Shown: positions 1 through 15,334, numbered from the stretch's first letter. The stretch: DNA of 64,000 bases from Eledone cirrhosa (GCA_964016885.1 OZ024743.1:111848001-111912000), one strand, 5' to 3'. The notes: generated from the letters alone by a model not told the origin. Numbers and translations: made by a program.

Positions 1-568
<568 letters not shown>

Positions 569-1675
569 AGAGAATAGGATGATTTGTGGTTCTCGTTCTG
601 ACACTCTCCAATCAAAACCGGACGAAACTAACTTTGCCTCTCATTCCGAACCGGGTCGATTCATTCTCTATATACTTTCTTCCTTTCACGTCTATCACTG
701 TCTTATTCTCTGATAAAATAGGTTGTCTTTAGACCTGGAAAATGGATGGCCTCTACGAGCTTTAATATGTGCAAGACATGTCAACGACTCCAACAGAAAT
801 TACGTGTCCATACATAACTATTTAACAGTAATTTTATGTGAGGTTTTGTTCGATAGAGCCGTTAGATGTTGAGTGATTGATGTTCAGAAATGGATTTCCC
901 CTCCAAATAAATCGCTATAGAGTAACAATGAAATAAAGCAACTAAAATTATATGTATTCTTAGCCGCGGAATTCGACGAATTCATGTGGCAAACTAGAAC
1001 AGAATATCTGTTAGCAAAACTTCGAAATAAATACAGTATAAGCTTGTTTTCACAAACAAATGATTTCAATAAGCATTTCACACAGTATCAAGTTGCTCTC
1101 TTGGGATGGACACGTATTTAGAAGAACTGGAATTTGGAAGCAATATGCATTGTGTGGATGTAGAGATGTGATGGCATATTCGTTAACCCAAACAGTTGAT
1201 TGAAATGACCAGCACTGCTATAGTCAGTCGTTTAAAGAATGACTGAGTTAGGACAGTGTTACTTGCTTTAAATACCAGTACGTATCGTTATAGTTATTTA
1301 CGTCGGATAGACGAATGTAGCATATTCTGAGAAACTTAGCCGAATTTATGTACCATAGCAAATTTAAGGCAAGGAGAATATTGTTTTAAATATAAGCCTA
1401 GTAATGCTTAGTTAGTGCAGTGAGTTTATAAGCAGCAGTCATTAGGCCTGCAGCTTCCGCTAACTGTAGACAGTAGATTGTCTTGGAGCCTGATGCAGCT
1501 CTATTATTTAACGTAATCGGATTTATCCAGTCATTTTGGCAAGTTTCCCTCGAGGGTGTTTAATTCCAATATTGAATTCATTTTATCCCACATTCCTACC
1601 TTGCATCCGTCTTTAATTCAGTGTTATTGTTATAACTGTACTTTGCCCAGTATAAATATTTACGAACACACACAT

Positions 1676-1757
<82 letters not shown>

Positions 1758-2229
1758 ATGTGTATGCGCGTGCGTGTGCGTGTGCGCGCGCGTGTGTGTG
1801 TGTGTGTGTTTATTTATTTATTTATTTGTGTGAAGAAAAGGTGTTTTTGTATTTGCATATGCTATGCTTTCCTCTGATTGTGTGGTGTTTCATTAAAAGT
1901 TTCTTGCAATTTGTCTTAACTCCTATCACACTGGCCCAATATTCTCTACGTGCTGTTTAATCCAGATAATTCCTATGTTTTCAAATTTTAATCATCCTGT
2001 ATTTCGGTTTATCAGAGTTCATACTTCCAAACGCTTCAATATTTAAGACGGCTGTGTGAGGTTTAAGCAATATCTCTCTGCTATTTCTTGTAGATCACGT
2101 GTCCGTTTAGTAAAAGCTTATTCGTTAGCTCACATGCGTTTGTTGTTGTTGTTGTTTGGTGGTGCAGGTGGTGGTTATGATGCTTTTTTTCTGGAGTTGA
2201 CGAGAAGGAACTAATCAGTCTTTTTCTGA

Positions 2230-4055
2230 GAAATTTCCCTCCGGTGATTATGGAGAATCATTGACTTAGGAGTGTTACTGGGGTAGCTAAGGATGGTAAG
2301 CTGGTAACTAATTTACATGAGGCTATTAGTACTGGTATTGCAACTAACGTGCTAGTGGCGGCGAGAATGGCATCAGGCCATTTCTTCAATGGGAAACCCA
2401 AAGATTGCATTGTCAGAGCTAAAGCACATGATCTAAGAAACAAAAGCTCTTCGATGGGCCACCGAGGCGCAGCTTGGTAACAAAACCATTATTTGGTATT
2501 TGACGGATCGCGACGAAGGTCGAACTGAACGATTCCAGACAAATGTGTGAGGCCTTTTGTCAGCACTTTGTTCAGCTGTTCGGAATGAGCGAGGGCACTG
2601 AGGCAGTGGCGTATGTTGTCCCCACCTCGACGACCTTTCGTGTCTCTCACCAGCCGATGCTGGGGGCTGTGAAGGCTGGTAACATCAGCCGAGATTCGAG
2701 TTTTCCTAGTCGGCTTAACGAGGTGCAAGTTAGCTGGTTTGGATGGTCTGCCCTACGAGATTTACGTGAACATGCCATACTTGTTCTCCGATCTCCTCGA
2801 AGTTCTCTACTGCAACTAGCAACAGAACCAGAGTATTCCCAGTTCTGTGATCCGGGGCGTGATGAACCTGAAAACTAAACCTAACAGTGTAGTCCGGCAT
2901 TGAACGGACGGACCTCGAAGGTTACTTGGTATCTGGTTCCGACCAGACCCACTCAGGGATAATAATTTGGACGGAGTTACGAACAAGGAAGCGCCTCTCA
3001 CACAGAAATGATCGGAGAGGAATCTGTCCATGAAAGGTCGGATGTAGGTGGCGAACGCATACATTGCGTCCGTCCTATATTACCACCTGACTGTCAAGTC
3101 TTGCCTCCGTTTGCGCCTCGTCAACTCGTGTAGGGGAGATGTTCCATTAGTGAGGCGGTCCATCTGCTGCCAACACCCTCTTCGCGGGAAATTCTGCTTA
3201 TACAGTGAACACGTGTGGTCACCGTTTGTGAGACAAGCCTTTCCACAACTCGTCTCTGGCTCTAGAAGTGACTGTCATTGAGTGCCTGACATCTGGAATG
3301 TTACCAGACGCTGTCTGCCTTATCCCATGTGTAGTATGCTGTCAGTGGAAGTTCCTCCCTCGATTTCTATAGAGGAATAGTGGTCGGGAGGTACCACAAA
3401 GCATCGAAGAGGTTCTGGTCCTCGACGAGGGACTATGTATAGATTCCAAACTTCATCACTTGGCAGTGCTTCCGGGGGCTCCCCCGATTCGAGATAAATT
3501 CTACCGGCACAGAAGTACTCTCAGACGGATGTACCCGAGATGGACACAGAGCGATGAACATATTCTGCACGCATTCGACCAGTGTCCGTGCATTGCTGAC
3601 TTGTGAAGTTTTGTCGAACAGCAGTTGGGTTAGGGTTAGGGTTAGGGTTAGGATTTGTCAAACAGCATGTAGGACGGACCCGGCTATCGACCGAGCCCAT
3701 AGTGAAGATTAACCTGCCGCCTACTTTTGGGCGGGAAGGGCAGGCAGTTTTCCTCTGGAAAGGAAGTTGACGGTGGAGTACGATGTTCTTCCTCCAGTGC
3801 ATTTGCTAAAATATCGATGAATGTGGCGAGAATAGCCCTTGTGAATGAACCTACCCTGAGCATGCGCTGGTTGATTTGAGGCGGATAGGTCGCCCTTCCC
3901 GGGTGCCTCGAATCGCCCTTGGGTGGTTCTCCCTCATATTTGGGGAATTATTTTTATATATTTTCTTGCTATTGTTATTATTTTCCTTGTAAACTCTCAC
4001 TGTCCCTGTATATTTGTATTTCCCCTATATGTAGGGCATAGTGGCGAATAAAAAG
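2230..4055 (+). mobile_element. Decayed Tx1/L1-like LINE remnant
   Basis: GC-rich island colinear with 4315-5390 and similar to 37000-38350; ends in AATAAAA. Confidence 0.7.
3627..3652 (+). repeat. Interstitial telomeric repeat, ~4 TTAGGG units
   Basis: GGGTTAGGGTTAGGGTTAGGGTTAGG. Confidence 0.9.
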
Positions 4056-4087
4056 TTATTATTACTACTACTATAATTATTATTATT

Positions 4088-4310
4088 CTGAGGGTGGTGG
4101 AATGGTAGTGTCGGTAGAGTGTCGGACACAATGCTTTGCGTCGTAGATTTACGCCATTTACGTTCTGAGTTAAAATCCTGCTGAGGTTAGCTTTGCATTA
4201 CGGGGTCGATAAAATAAAGTACCAGTCACTCACTGAGGTTGATTTATTCGCCCCCCCCCCACCAACTATTTCCTGGTCTTGTGCCTAAATCAGAAACCAT
4301 TATTATTATT
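4088..4310 (+). mobile_element. tRNA-derived SINE (family B)
   Basis: GAGTT(C)AAATCC B box; GGGTCGATAAAATAAAGTACCAGT core; (ATT)n tail. Confidence 0.75.
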
Positions 4311-4314
4311 ATTA

Positions 4315-5392
4315 CTGGCGGTCACGCTGAGGCTGCGGTATCACCAGATATTCTGCTTAAAAGGTGAACAGGTGTGGTCGCCGTTTGTCAGACGGGCCTT
4401 TCCGCAGCTCGTCTCTTTGACTGAGCTGCAGACCTAGGTCAAGAAGAGACCAAGACTGGGTGACTGGTATCTGGAATGTTGCCAGGCACTCACTGCCTTC
4501 TACCAGGCGGGCAATGCTGTCAGTTGAACTTCCATTCTCGAGTTCTATAGAGGATTAGTGGTGGACAAGTGCGTCGACGCACTCGGAGAGGTTCTGGGAG
4601 TCGACGAAGTCGAACTAACCAGTCTGTTCCGGAGGACTTTCGAGCCGGGGACGATGGATAATTTCCAAAAATCCCTCGCTTGGCAGTGCTACCGGGTGGC
4701 ACTGCCGGTTCGAGATAAACTCTACAGGCACGGAAGTGCTGTCAGACGGACATTCCCGAGATGCGCGCAGAGCTACGAAACCGTTCTGCACGCACTCGTC
4801 CAGTGTCCGTGCATTATTGACTTGTGGAGTTATGTCGAACAGCTGTTGTCGCGTGTAGAACGGATCCGGCTATCGGCTGAGTCCATAGTGAAGATAGACC
4901 CGACGCCTTCTTTTGGCCAGGAAGGGCAAGAAATGTTCCTCTGTCTGGTGGCAGTAGCGAAAGAGGTTTATGGTGGACGAGGTTGAAAGGACAGAAGACA
5001 GACACTTTTCTCTTCGGCAAATCCCTCATCAACTTTTTCAAGTTTCACTTGGAATAGAAGGTGAGGGTGGAGAAAGAAGTGCTGCCCCCCAGTACATTTT
5101 CTGAAAGGTGGGTGAATGTGGCGAGAATGGCTCGTGTCATGCGCCTATAGGTGGGTAAATTTGAGGAGGCGAGTGGTGCCCTTCCCGGGTACTCCCGAAG
5201 CGCCGGGTCGTTCACGATTGGTGGGATACCTGAGCGGTCATCCCCCCTCCTATTGGGGAATTTTTCTTGTATTTTTCTTGTTACTTTGTTATTGTTATTC
5301 ATATTGTTTACTCGATTTTTCTATAAAACCCCACTGTCCCAGACTTTTGTATCGTCCCCTATATGTGCGGCCCTTGTGGCCAATAAATGAAA
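4315..5392 (+). mobile_element. Tx1/L1-like LINE 3' end (zf-RVT-like region)
   Basis: ALPVRDKLYRHG..PRCAQSYETVLHALVQCP..LW; ends CAATAAA. Confidence 0.78.
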
Positions 5393-5944
5393 TCATTATG
5401 CCGAGGTTAACTTTGCCTTTCATCCTTACGGGGTCGATAAAATAAACTACCAGTAATACACTGGGTAATTGCTGGACTTGTGCCTAACGTAGAAACAGTT
5501 ATTATTAATTGATAACATTGTCATTAATATTACCAACAGCAGCAAAATTAGGCTAATGACAATGCCAATTGCTGTCCTTTGCAGTTGTCACCTGTTCTTT
5601 ACAGATCATTAGTCAACAGCAGCTGGAACATATCTCCCCTTGACATTTTAGCTGTAGGACATTATATTATGACGATGATAGAAATCATTGTAGTTTGACA
5701 AGAAATTCATAACTCAGTTTTTAGGGAAGTCAGTGAAGGTGGGTGGTGAGCAATGAATTAATCTAAACTCATCATACTGTTCTCTTGTTTCCTCGTCTTT
5801 CTCTCTCACTCCGTTGCACGCTCTTTCACAACCCTCTCTCCTTCTACTCTCTCTCTCTCAGACACACTCTATCTTTTTGGTGAGATACACAATCTAATCA
5901 CGCCGTCATAAATGGAGATGCCGATTAAATATGTATATATATGT

Positions 5945-6222
5945 GGAGGTACGTGGCCAAGTAGTAAGAGTGTTGGACTTACGATCATAACGTCCTGGGT
6001 TCGATTCCTGGATTGCGTGTTGTGTTCTTGAGCAAAACACTTCATTTCACGTTGCTCCATTATACTCAGCTGAAAATGTGTACCGGCAATAGCTGAGGTT
6101 AAACCCTGCGATGGACTGGCTTCCTGTCCAGGGGGGGTCTTGTACTCTCAGTCGCTTCACGCTATGAAACCGGGTTATGCACCTGCCAAATGAGCCTTCT
6201 GGCTTAAGACGGACATTAGACT
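5945..6222 (+). mobile_element. tRNA-derived SINE (family A)
   Basis: A box TGGCCAAGTAG, B box GGTTCGATTCC, then GTGTTCTTGAGCAAAACACT core. Older copies at ~9690-9980(-) and ~54770-54940(-). Confidence 0.75.
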
Positions 6223-6249
6223 TATATGTATATATATATATATATATAT

Positions 6250-6675
6250 TGTTCTATAATATTGAGACGAGGAATTATTTACATTATATCCATTAGACGG
6301 ATAGGTGTCCTCATCTTGTGTTGTTGTTAACACGACATTTCGGCTGATGTACTCTCCAGCCTTCATCGGCTGTCCTAGTGATGTTATTATTAACGTTTGT
6401 TAAAGTCACTGCCAAGAATTGTACTCGGAATCTTGAGGTTATTAGCCCTGTTTATAAGCCCTAAAAATTCACGAGAAAAAAAAAGAGAGAATCACGGGGA
6501 AAAAAAGTGGTTAGAAAGCGGGCTACAAACCTCAAGATTCCGAGTACAATTCTAGGCAGTGACCTGAACAAACGTTAATAATAATATCACTAGGACACCC
6601 GGCGAATGCTGGAGAGTACATCAGCCGAAACGTTGTGTTAACGACAAAACAAAATGAGGACACCTATCCGTCCAA
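6250..6675. mobile_element. Fold-back PLE terminus with degenerate minimal HHR
   Basis: ~6290-6455 is inverted at ~6520-6675. The remnant reads GACAC-CYGAUGA-AGGCUG..CAGCC-GAAA-CG-UC^GUGUU (consensus of two mutated copies). Confidence 0.65.
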
Positions 6676-6715
6676 TATATATATATAGATAGATATATAT
6701 TACAATGTCAATGGG

Positions 6716-6764
6716 GTTTCCTGACGATTTCTTTCGAATGAAACAGTTCTAATCCTGTAGAAGC
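6716..6764 (+). ncRNA. Hammerhead ribozyme
   Basis: GUUUC-CUGACGA-UUUC UUUC GAAU-GAAA-CAG..CUG-UA^GAAGC; same family as 13595. Confidence 0.7.
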
Positions 6765-6782
6765 GATTTATCTCTCTCTCTC

Positions 6783-6831
<49 letters not shown>

Positions 6832-6896
6832 ATAATGATCAATGTGAAGACTAAAATCTAAAGAGGGCTCGATAAGGATAAATATATATATATATA

Positions 6897-7412
6897 AAAT
6901 AAAGTTAAATAAAAAGTCAAATGTTTAAAATTTAGCTTCGTTTATTACTGCTATATATATATTTCAGTGATAGCCATCTTTGGCTGTGACCTCTTCAGGC
7001 AGTCGGAATTAGTGTGGTATAGACAAGTACATATGTTGTTGAGGTGTATAATTTTGTCAATACTCTGATATGTCCAGTTCCTGGTTAGGTTGTTATTTCT
7101 CTGAGGATTCAGTTCCTCAGAGAAATAACAACCTAACCAGGAACTGGACATATCAGAGTATTGACAAAATTATACACCTCAACAACATATGTACTTGTCT
7201 ATACCACACTAATTCCGACTGCCCGAAGAGGTCACAGCCAAAGATGGCTATCACTGAAATATATATAGCAGTAATAAACGAAGCTAAATTTTAAACATTT
7301 GACTTTTTATTTAACTTTATTTTACATTACTCCGGAGTAAACAAACCAACCTGCGCACTTCGTCGAGTGCTTCAGGCTGCATACTGATGTGTTGGTATAC
7401 AACCAACATATA

Positions 7413-7415
<3 letters not shown>
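6897..7415. mobile_element. Fold-back PLE terminus (palindrome centred ~7108) with HHRs at 6947-7003(-) and 7218-7272(+)
   Basis: ~210-bp inverted arms. Motif ACUGC-C(U/C)GAAGA-stem II-GAAA-UAUAUA-UA^GCAGU. Homologous to 178-470. Confidence 0.8.
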
Positions 7416-7478
<63 letters not shown>

Positions 7479-7793
7479 TGTGTGTGTGTGTATGTATGTA
7501 TAAATAAATAAGGTTTTTTTATGAAAAAAACGAGATGTCCTACACAAGTGAACGTATAAGGAAAAGAAATCGAAAATGCAACTGGAGTGTTTTTAAGAAT
7601 ATTTATTTGTTTCCATTATGGGTTTCGCAGTTCTTATACTTTTCAAAGGTAGAATTGGGATGGAGGGTTTCTGGTTTTTCTCGCATAAGAGAAAAACCAA
7701 AACCCTTCATCTCAATAAATATGAAACTCATAAAGGAAACAAATAAATATTCTTAAAAAGACTCCAGTTGCATTTCGATTTCCTTTCCGTATG

Positions 7794-7848
<55 letters not shown>

Positions 7849-7849
7849 A

Positions 7850-8057
7850 TATTAAAGTTTATGCAAAGAATCGCTGCTCTCATCCTTAACGGGATCTTCT
7901 GAAGATGCCGTTAAGGGTGAAAGCAGCGATTCTTTGCTTAAACATTAATCTGTTATTTTAATAAATATTTGCTCTACGGTTCTTATATATTTGATATATA
8001 TTTATCCTTATCGAGCCCTCTTTGGATTTTAGTCTTCAAACTTATTATTATTACTAA
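7850..8057. mobile_element. Fold-back PLE end of the CAGAAGA-core HHR family
   Basis: Inverted arms 7851-7901 and 7899-7950. Related fragments at 24900-24965(-), 30375-30430 and 6840-6885. Confidence 0.7.
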
Positions 8058-8229
8058 ATATATATATATATATATATTTTATATATATATATATATATAT
8101 ATTTTATATATATATATATATATATATTTTATATATATATTTATATATATTTTATATATATATATAATATATATATATATATACATATACGATATTAACA
8201 AATGGAAACTATATTTATAAAACCATATC

Positions 8230-8294
8230 TATTTTATTATACATATTTCAAGGATACCATGTTAAATTATGGTATGCTTTCATCAGACAAAATA
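8230..8294 (-). ncRNA. Hammerhead ribozyme
   Basis: UAUUUUGU-CUGAUGA-stem II-GAAA-UAUGUA-UA^AUAAAAUA; same family as 45461. Confidence 0.72.
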
Positions 8295-10629
8295 CAATAT
8301 ATACCAGTTTTATAAATAAATTTTAACATACCCTTTCAAAATGGAAGACATCAGTGTTTGCTTGTTGTATCCCAACAATTTAAATAGAACTTTTGCATAT
8401 ATATACATATATATATATATTTGTGTCTGTTTGTAATTGTGGGAATGTGTATGTATGTATATGCATATTTCGTTAAATATAGACAAGTGTTACTATTTAT
8501 TCCACTTGGATATAAAAGGTCACACTGGTTATCGCAATAGTAAAGTTATTTACATTCCTACCGGCTAAATGTCTTTAATTGTGTATTTGTATCTCCGCCT
8601 TCTATTCCACACCCCATTTATCTATCTATCTATCTATTTTTTCACACAGGCTCTCTCTCACTCTCCATCCAACTCCTTCTCTCACCCCCAAGCCTCTCTC
8701 CCCACTCCTCCACCCCCCCCCCCCCGCCTCTCTTTCTCACATTATTTATCTGTTTGCATCTTTAAGTTCAAATATCACCAAAGTCGAACATATGACTTTC
8801 ATCTAGCTGGCATCAATAAAATATTCACCAATAACTTACTGGATTATATTCAATCGCATATAACCTCTTCCCGCATAAAGTGGCCTTTTGCTTATTTAAG
8901 AAATCAATCTTAATTTACATATATAACATCACCATTAATATGTAATTTCTCATGCACATATTCACACGGGAGGCTAGTTGAAAACAAAGATGCGTATTGT
9001 TTTCTGTTTGACCAGACTCAAAACAGAATATATTGAAAGATAGGTAAGGTGGGAAATTGTGAATCCTGATGTTCATTACATCCCTAAGGGCGTAAGCAGA
9101 GTATATGAAGTGGAAGGCTTTCAATCAAAAATTGGAATTACGTCCTCGTCTCAGATTGTGAGGAGTTTGCATCTTGCCCTTAGGCCTACAAAACATACAC
9201 ATACATACATACTTATATACATATACAGACACACACATGCATACACACACACATATATATATATACACATATATATATATATATACTGTATATATATGGT
9301 AGTGTAAATGGATGGACTGATACATATACATGTACACAAACACACAAACACACAGACATATACATATAAATATATATCATATATATATATATATATACCT
9401 TCCCGCATACTTAGACACACACAAAATACACATTTGCAACTCATACAGTTATACATACATACACTTCAACTGAAGCAAAAACACACAGACATAGATTGGT
9501 TTCTATTAATATTCCTTTGTAATTTATACCAGGTTATTTTATAAAGTAACAGATACTTATAATGAAATCTGGGTCATAGATGTACGATTTTATATTTAGT
9601 AACTAAATTACACGAAGTTGAAGGGATGTTTTTAAGAGTTGTTAGAGCGTTGACAAATACTTAGCAATACATTTTGTCTGTCCAATCACATTTTGTATTT
9701 GAAATCGCGCTTAGGTCAACTTTATAATAGTTTCTCCTTATATAGCTCTGATCGATCGACAATATCACAGACTTCATTCGCTTGCCGAGTGGAGTTGACC
9801 TCATCAAATCAGACCAAGGAAACAATGTTTCCATTGTTCTTTTCATTGCTGATACTATCTCCCGTTTACAACCCCCGGTAGAATGGGCAACTTGAAATAA
9901 ATTGTCTTACTGAAGGACACAACGCATATCCCCGTCCCAGAATTGAACTCGCAACCTCACGATTGCGAATACAACTCTCTAATCGATTAATATGAAGTAC
10001 TAATCAAGTAAAAAGATTGATAAAATCGACTTTCTCTTCCCAGAATATTTTCGGCCATGTGTCTATTTCGAAGATATTATATAAAGGCTATGGAATATTC
10101 ATCTTTCCGAGGTTAATAACGTAAAGTACACCTAAACTTCTATTTTCGATAGAATTGACTTTCTCTTCCTCAGATTTTTTTTTTATGTCTGCCTATTTTA
10201 GAAACTAATACATATTAGAACGAAAGACATGCAGCAATGCCGTAACTGTTTCCTGTCACCCTGACATTTTGAAAATTGTTATCTGCTTGAGGAGGCTTTC
10301 TTCTCTGAAGAACTTCTCCTGTCTAGCGCTACTGAGAGTTTCTTACCACCGTTGGTTGAGGATGATCACATGATTAAGAAATATGCTGTTCTCCCTTATG
10401 TACGTGTGTTAGTGTGTGTTAAAATGTCACAATTGTGCCCAACGTTGAGGCGGTCGGCTATGTAACTTCAACATGTCAAATAGCACATAATTATACATGG
10501 ATATGCTTCGTGAAATGGTCTCCTATTTGTAGACGATGAATAGCCATTCAATTTCTGGGGTTAAGTTTTCTTTGCTCGCATTAGCCTTACTTACATCACA
10601 TAAACTTAAAAGCATATATTAATGTTTAT

Positions 10630-10815
10630 TGTGGTGGATTGGCAGTATCGGTAGAGGGTCGGACGCCATGCTTTCCAGCATAGTTACGTCCCTTTACGAT
10701 CTGAGTTCAAATCCCGCCGAGGTTGACTTTGCCTTTCATCCTTACGGCGTCGATAAAATAAAGTACCAGTAATGCACTGGGTAATTGCTGGCCTTGTGCC
10801 AAAATTAGAAACAAT
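10630..10815 (+). mobile_element. SINE family B
   Basis: Same consensus. Partial copies also at 5400-5505, 35645-35726(-) and 38570-38775(-). Confidence 0.78.
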
Positions 10816-11589
10816 TAATGTTTATTACTAACACTCCAAATGATTTGTATCCGTAAAAGTTTATTCTCATTTAAATTGCTACTAACACTGTTGTAAGTGA
10901 ACACCGAAAATTTGTTTACACACAAAACACGTGCATGCCATCGTTAAGCTGTAAAGGAATTCTAGTGTTTTACTATAATTCGGAATAAGTAAAATGTTTG
11001 GATGAATTTAAACAGTATTCTAGAACGTTCATGTGTACACATAATATTAGTGTATCGTTCTAAATATGGAATATTACTTCAAACGAGCGCACCTCATTCT
11101 TTAACTATGTGGCGCAATTTCGCCTCTTGTGCTTATACATTTCTCATTAGTTACACGAATTATTTGCTTAATATTTTCTATTTGCTATATTCACTCTTCG
11201 ATAATTACCTTTGTTTGTTTGTTGTTTTTTTTTTTTGTTTGTTGTTTTTTTTTTTGTTTTTTTTTGCTTTTTCTATTCTCATGGATTTGTCAAGAAATCA
11301 AAATTTCTATCAATTTCTTTTCCTGAAGAAATGGCGATCCGTAATTCGGTTCCACGTAAATTATTGATTGTTGATCTTTGACTGATTAATTCGTCAATTA
11401 TATGTGCCCGCAGCGAGCGTAACCCCATTGAAACATTTGTAGACATTAAAGAGGATGAAATTTGTTCAACAACTTTGGTTTCTTGTTTTATATTAACTAG
11501 TGATGCTCTGGGGCATACGTTGTTTTCATTTACCAGAGCCGCAAATAGATTGGACTTGGATTTCTGCACACTACCGACATTATTGTATG

Positions 11590-12010
11590 GTACCTTGGTG
11601 AAGAGACAGTCCTGGCTTGTGGGAAGGGGCGGCGTCCTGTTGAACAACGTAGGGCCTCCGATTGGTGACTCTGTCCATCCAGGGCTTTACCTGCTTGTCC
11701 CGGAGCCTTACGCTTTTGCTGGACTTCTTCTTGATGACATAGGCAATGTCGACCATGAAATCGGGCGTCCTGGTGTCGTCAGATCGCTTCTTATGAGTTT
11801 TGCGTTGTAGTCTGAAATTGTCCTTGTCGTCTAACGCCGCATATGACTTTGCAATTTCGTATACAATGGTTTCAGAGTACTAAAACCATTCAATGATTTC
11901 TTTGACTATGTTGCCTTCACGAAGTCTCTCCAATACTGCAGCTCGACGATAGTATTCTGAAGACATATCGAATACTAAGCACCTCGTACGGCAATGACTC
12001 GACATTTGCT
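11590..12010 (-). mobile_element. Internally deleted IS630/Tc1/mariner-like transposase remnant
   Basis: MSSEYYRRAAVLESLREG... joined to VKPWMDRVTNRRPYVVQQDAAPSHK. Confidence 0.65.
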
Positions 12011-12110
12011 AGCTGTCGTGTTTTTTAATGGAGCTCCCAAAACCTCTCTAAGGTGTAACATCACAACATTGCTGTGGTAAAAATTCCGGATTTATCTACA
12101 CTACACAGTA

Positions 12111-12533
12111 TCTATATTAATAAAGCTGGCGGTCGTATATGTCTATGTATGTAACACACTTTTTGCCAAACGGCTTGACCAAACGGCATCATATTTGCAT
12201 CATAGATGTAACCTTTTTCCAAGGAAGAAAGTGAGGGTATTTTCGTCTACCGCCGACATCCGAGAGACGAGCAGCGTCTCGATTTATGTAAAAACCACGG
12301 CAATAAAGAATATTCGAAAAGGGGAAGCAATTAGAATAGCGGAGTTGCCCCCTCGCAAAAAATTACCACTAGACAAAACTAATAATATTTTTATCTACAT
12401 GTTTCCTTTAAACCAACGGCAATAAAGATAATTCTATAATTCCTACTTTAGTCAAAATTTAGGAATCATATTTCAATGGTCAAATATTGAAACTTTAATA
12501 AAATAGCCGGGAATTACCGGGTAGTTCAGTTAG
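12111..12533 (+). mobile_element. Non-autonomous Helitron-like element
   Basis: 5' A|TCTATATTAATAAAG; subterminal hairpin CCGG..CCGG; 3' TTAG|T (CTAG variant). Confidence 0.6.
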
Positions 12534-12630
12534 TATATATATATATATATATATTTGTATGTATGTATGTTCGTATGTATAAATGTACATATGTATGTAT
12601 GAATGTATGTGTGAATGCATGTTTATGTGC

Positions 12631-12731
<101 letters not shown>

Positions 12732-12755
12732 TGTGTGTATATATATATATATATT

Positions 12756-12820
<65 letters not shown>

Positions 12821-13171
12821 CTGTGTATGTGTGTGTGTGTGTGTATAATAGTGAAAGAGTGAAGAATAACATGATCAGCTGTACAAAAAAAGTTTTATTT
12901 ATAGTATTAACAATTTTTTTAATTGATCAGGTGAGTCTAAAGGCCGCTAATGACTTGAAGTTGCGTCACTCGACCGTAAAAAGGTGTTCGCCTCTGATCA
13001 AATCATGGGAATACTGGAGGGTTTAACATATTTATTGATACATCGGAGAATCAAAATAATAACATCAATATTAAAAGAATTAAATAATAAGTACAGAATA
13101 CGATTGCTGATAATATTCGTGTGTGTATATGTATATATCTATATATATATATATGTGTGTGTGTGTGTGCG

Positions 13172-13299
<128 letters not shown>

Positions 13300-13403
13300 C
13301 ATGTATATATATTTATATATGTGTGTATATATATATATATATTTATATATGTATGTATATATGTATTTATATATGTATATATATGTATTTATATATGTAT
13401 ATA

Positions 13404-13456
<53 letters not shown>

Positions 13457-13463
13457 ATATGTA

Positions 13464-13513
<50 letters not shown>

Positions 13514-13517
<4 letters not shown>

Positions 13518-13729
13518 TGAGATTCTACAGGACTAGAACTGTTTCATTCTTTAGAAATCATCAGGAATCCCTGATGATTTCTAAATCATCAGGAATTCCT
13601 GATGATTTCTAAAGAATGAAACAGTTCTAGTCCTGTAGAATCTCATCTATATTAAAACTTTTATACTCTGCAATGTATTGAGTACCTTACTTACTGTGGT
13701 TACCTCCGATTCAACCCGGAATAACGTAC

Positions 13730-13730
<1 letters not shown>
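13514..13730. mobile_element. Tiny fold-back PLE end with HHRs at 13522-13568(-) and 13595-13641(+)
   Basis: AUUC-CUGAUGA-UUUC UAAA GAAU-GAAA-CAG..CUG-UA^GAAU; perfect inverted arms within (TA)n. Confidence 0.8.
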
Positions 13731-13773
<43 letters not shown>

Positions 13774-13866
13774 TGTATATATATTTATATATGTATGTAT
13801 ATGTGTGTTTGTATATATATGTATGTATATATATGTATGTAGATATACTTATATATATATGTATTT

Positions 13867-13968
<102 letters not shown>

Positions 13969-14016
13969 CGTATATATATATATATATGTATATATATGTA
14001 TATATGTTTATATGTA

Positions 14017-14048
<32 letters not shown>

Positions 14049-14125
14049 ATTATATCTATATATATATATATATATGTGTGTATGTATATATATATATGTA
14101 TATATATATACATACATATATATGC

Positions 14126-14157
<32 letters not shown>

Positions 14158-14554
14158 ATATATGTATAATTATATATAAGTGTATATGTGTATGTGGTGA
14201 TGGTTGCATATTAAAATATATTTTCTTTCTTAATGGTTTTGTCAGTGTGACAATAAGTGAGTCAGATTGATATTAAGGAAGGCCACGCGTACGATGCAGC
14301 CATAAAAGGAGGAGGATACAATATACAAAATAAACTATCAAATAGAACAAAAATGAAATATGAAGAAAATAGTGAAACAGTAATGAAAATTTGTGCGAAC
14401 TACAAACGTTTTCAACCAATAAGCCAGTAAAATTTAAGTAAAATAACTGTAAACGTTTCAGATTGCAGCTTAGGAACATTTAAGTGAATGCTTTGAAATT
14501 TTATGTTAGAGTCTTCTTTCTTATTATAGTTTATGGTTTACATTGTTATGCAAA

Positions 14555-14650
<96 letters not shown>

Positions 14651-14696
14651 ATGTGCGTGTATATATATATATATGTGTGTATATATAAGTATATAA

Positions 14697-14768
<72 letters not shown>

Positions 14769-14883
14769 CATCTATTGAATCTTTAAAAAACATTTAAATT
14801 TTAAAAGTCTTGATCTATAATCTACGTGTGTGCATACAAACAAAAATATACACGAGTGTTCGTAAATATATATATACACAAAA

Positions 14884-15039
<156 letters not shown>

Positions 15040-15334
15040 ATATATATTCTTATATATATAAATATATATATATATATATGTATTTATATATATATTCTTA
15101 TATATATATGTTTACATAGTCCTTGTTTTTGCTAGGGCCAAGTGTATACAATATAGTCGCATTACCTTAAGTTTGATGCTGAGCACCCAAACAATATTAG
15201 TAACTTTGAAATAACTTACTTTTGTTTTCATGTCTACAATATTTCCTTGTTGCGAGTATGGGTTTGCGTACCTTTGTATAGGTTTGCGTACCTTTTATGT
15301 AGTTGCATACACACACACACACATATATATGTAT

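Noticed and set aside
5945-6015. tRNA gene
   Set aside because: It is the tRNA-like head of a SINE, with no intact cloverleaf.
7535-7795. Third U3-A8 HHR in a fold-back island
   Set aside because: UUGAAAA..GAAA is present, but stems I and III do not pair convincingly.
12929-12973. Possible HHR (GAGU-CUAAAGG...GAAG..UC^ACUC)
   Set aside because: Too many core mismatches; at best a dead relic.
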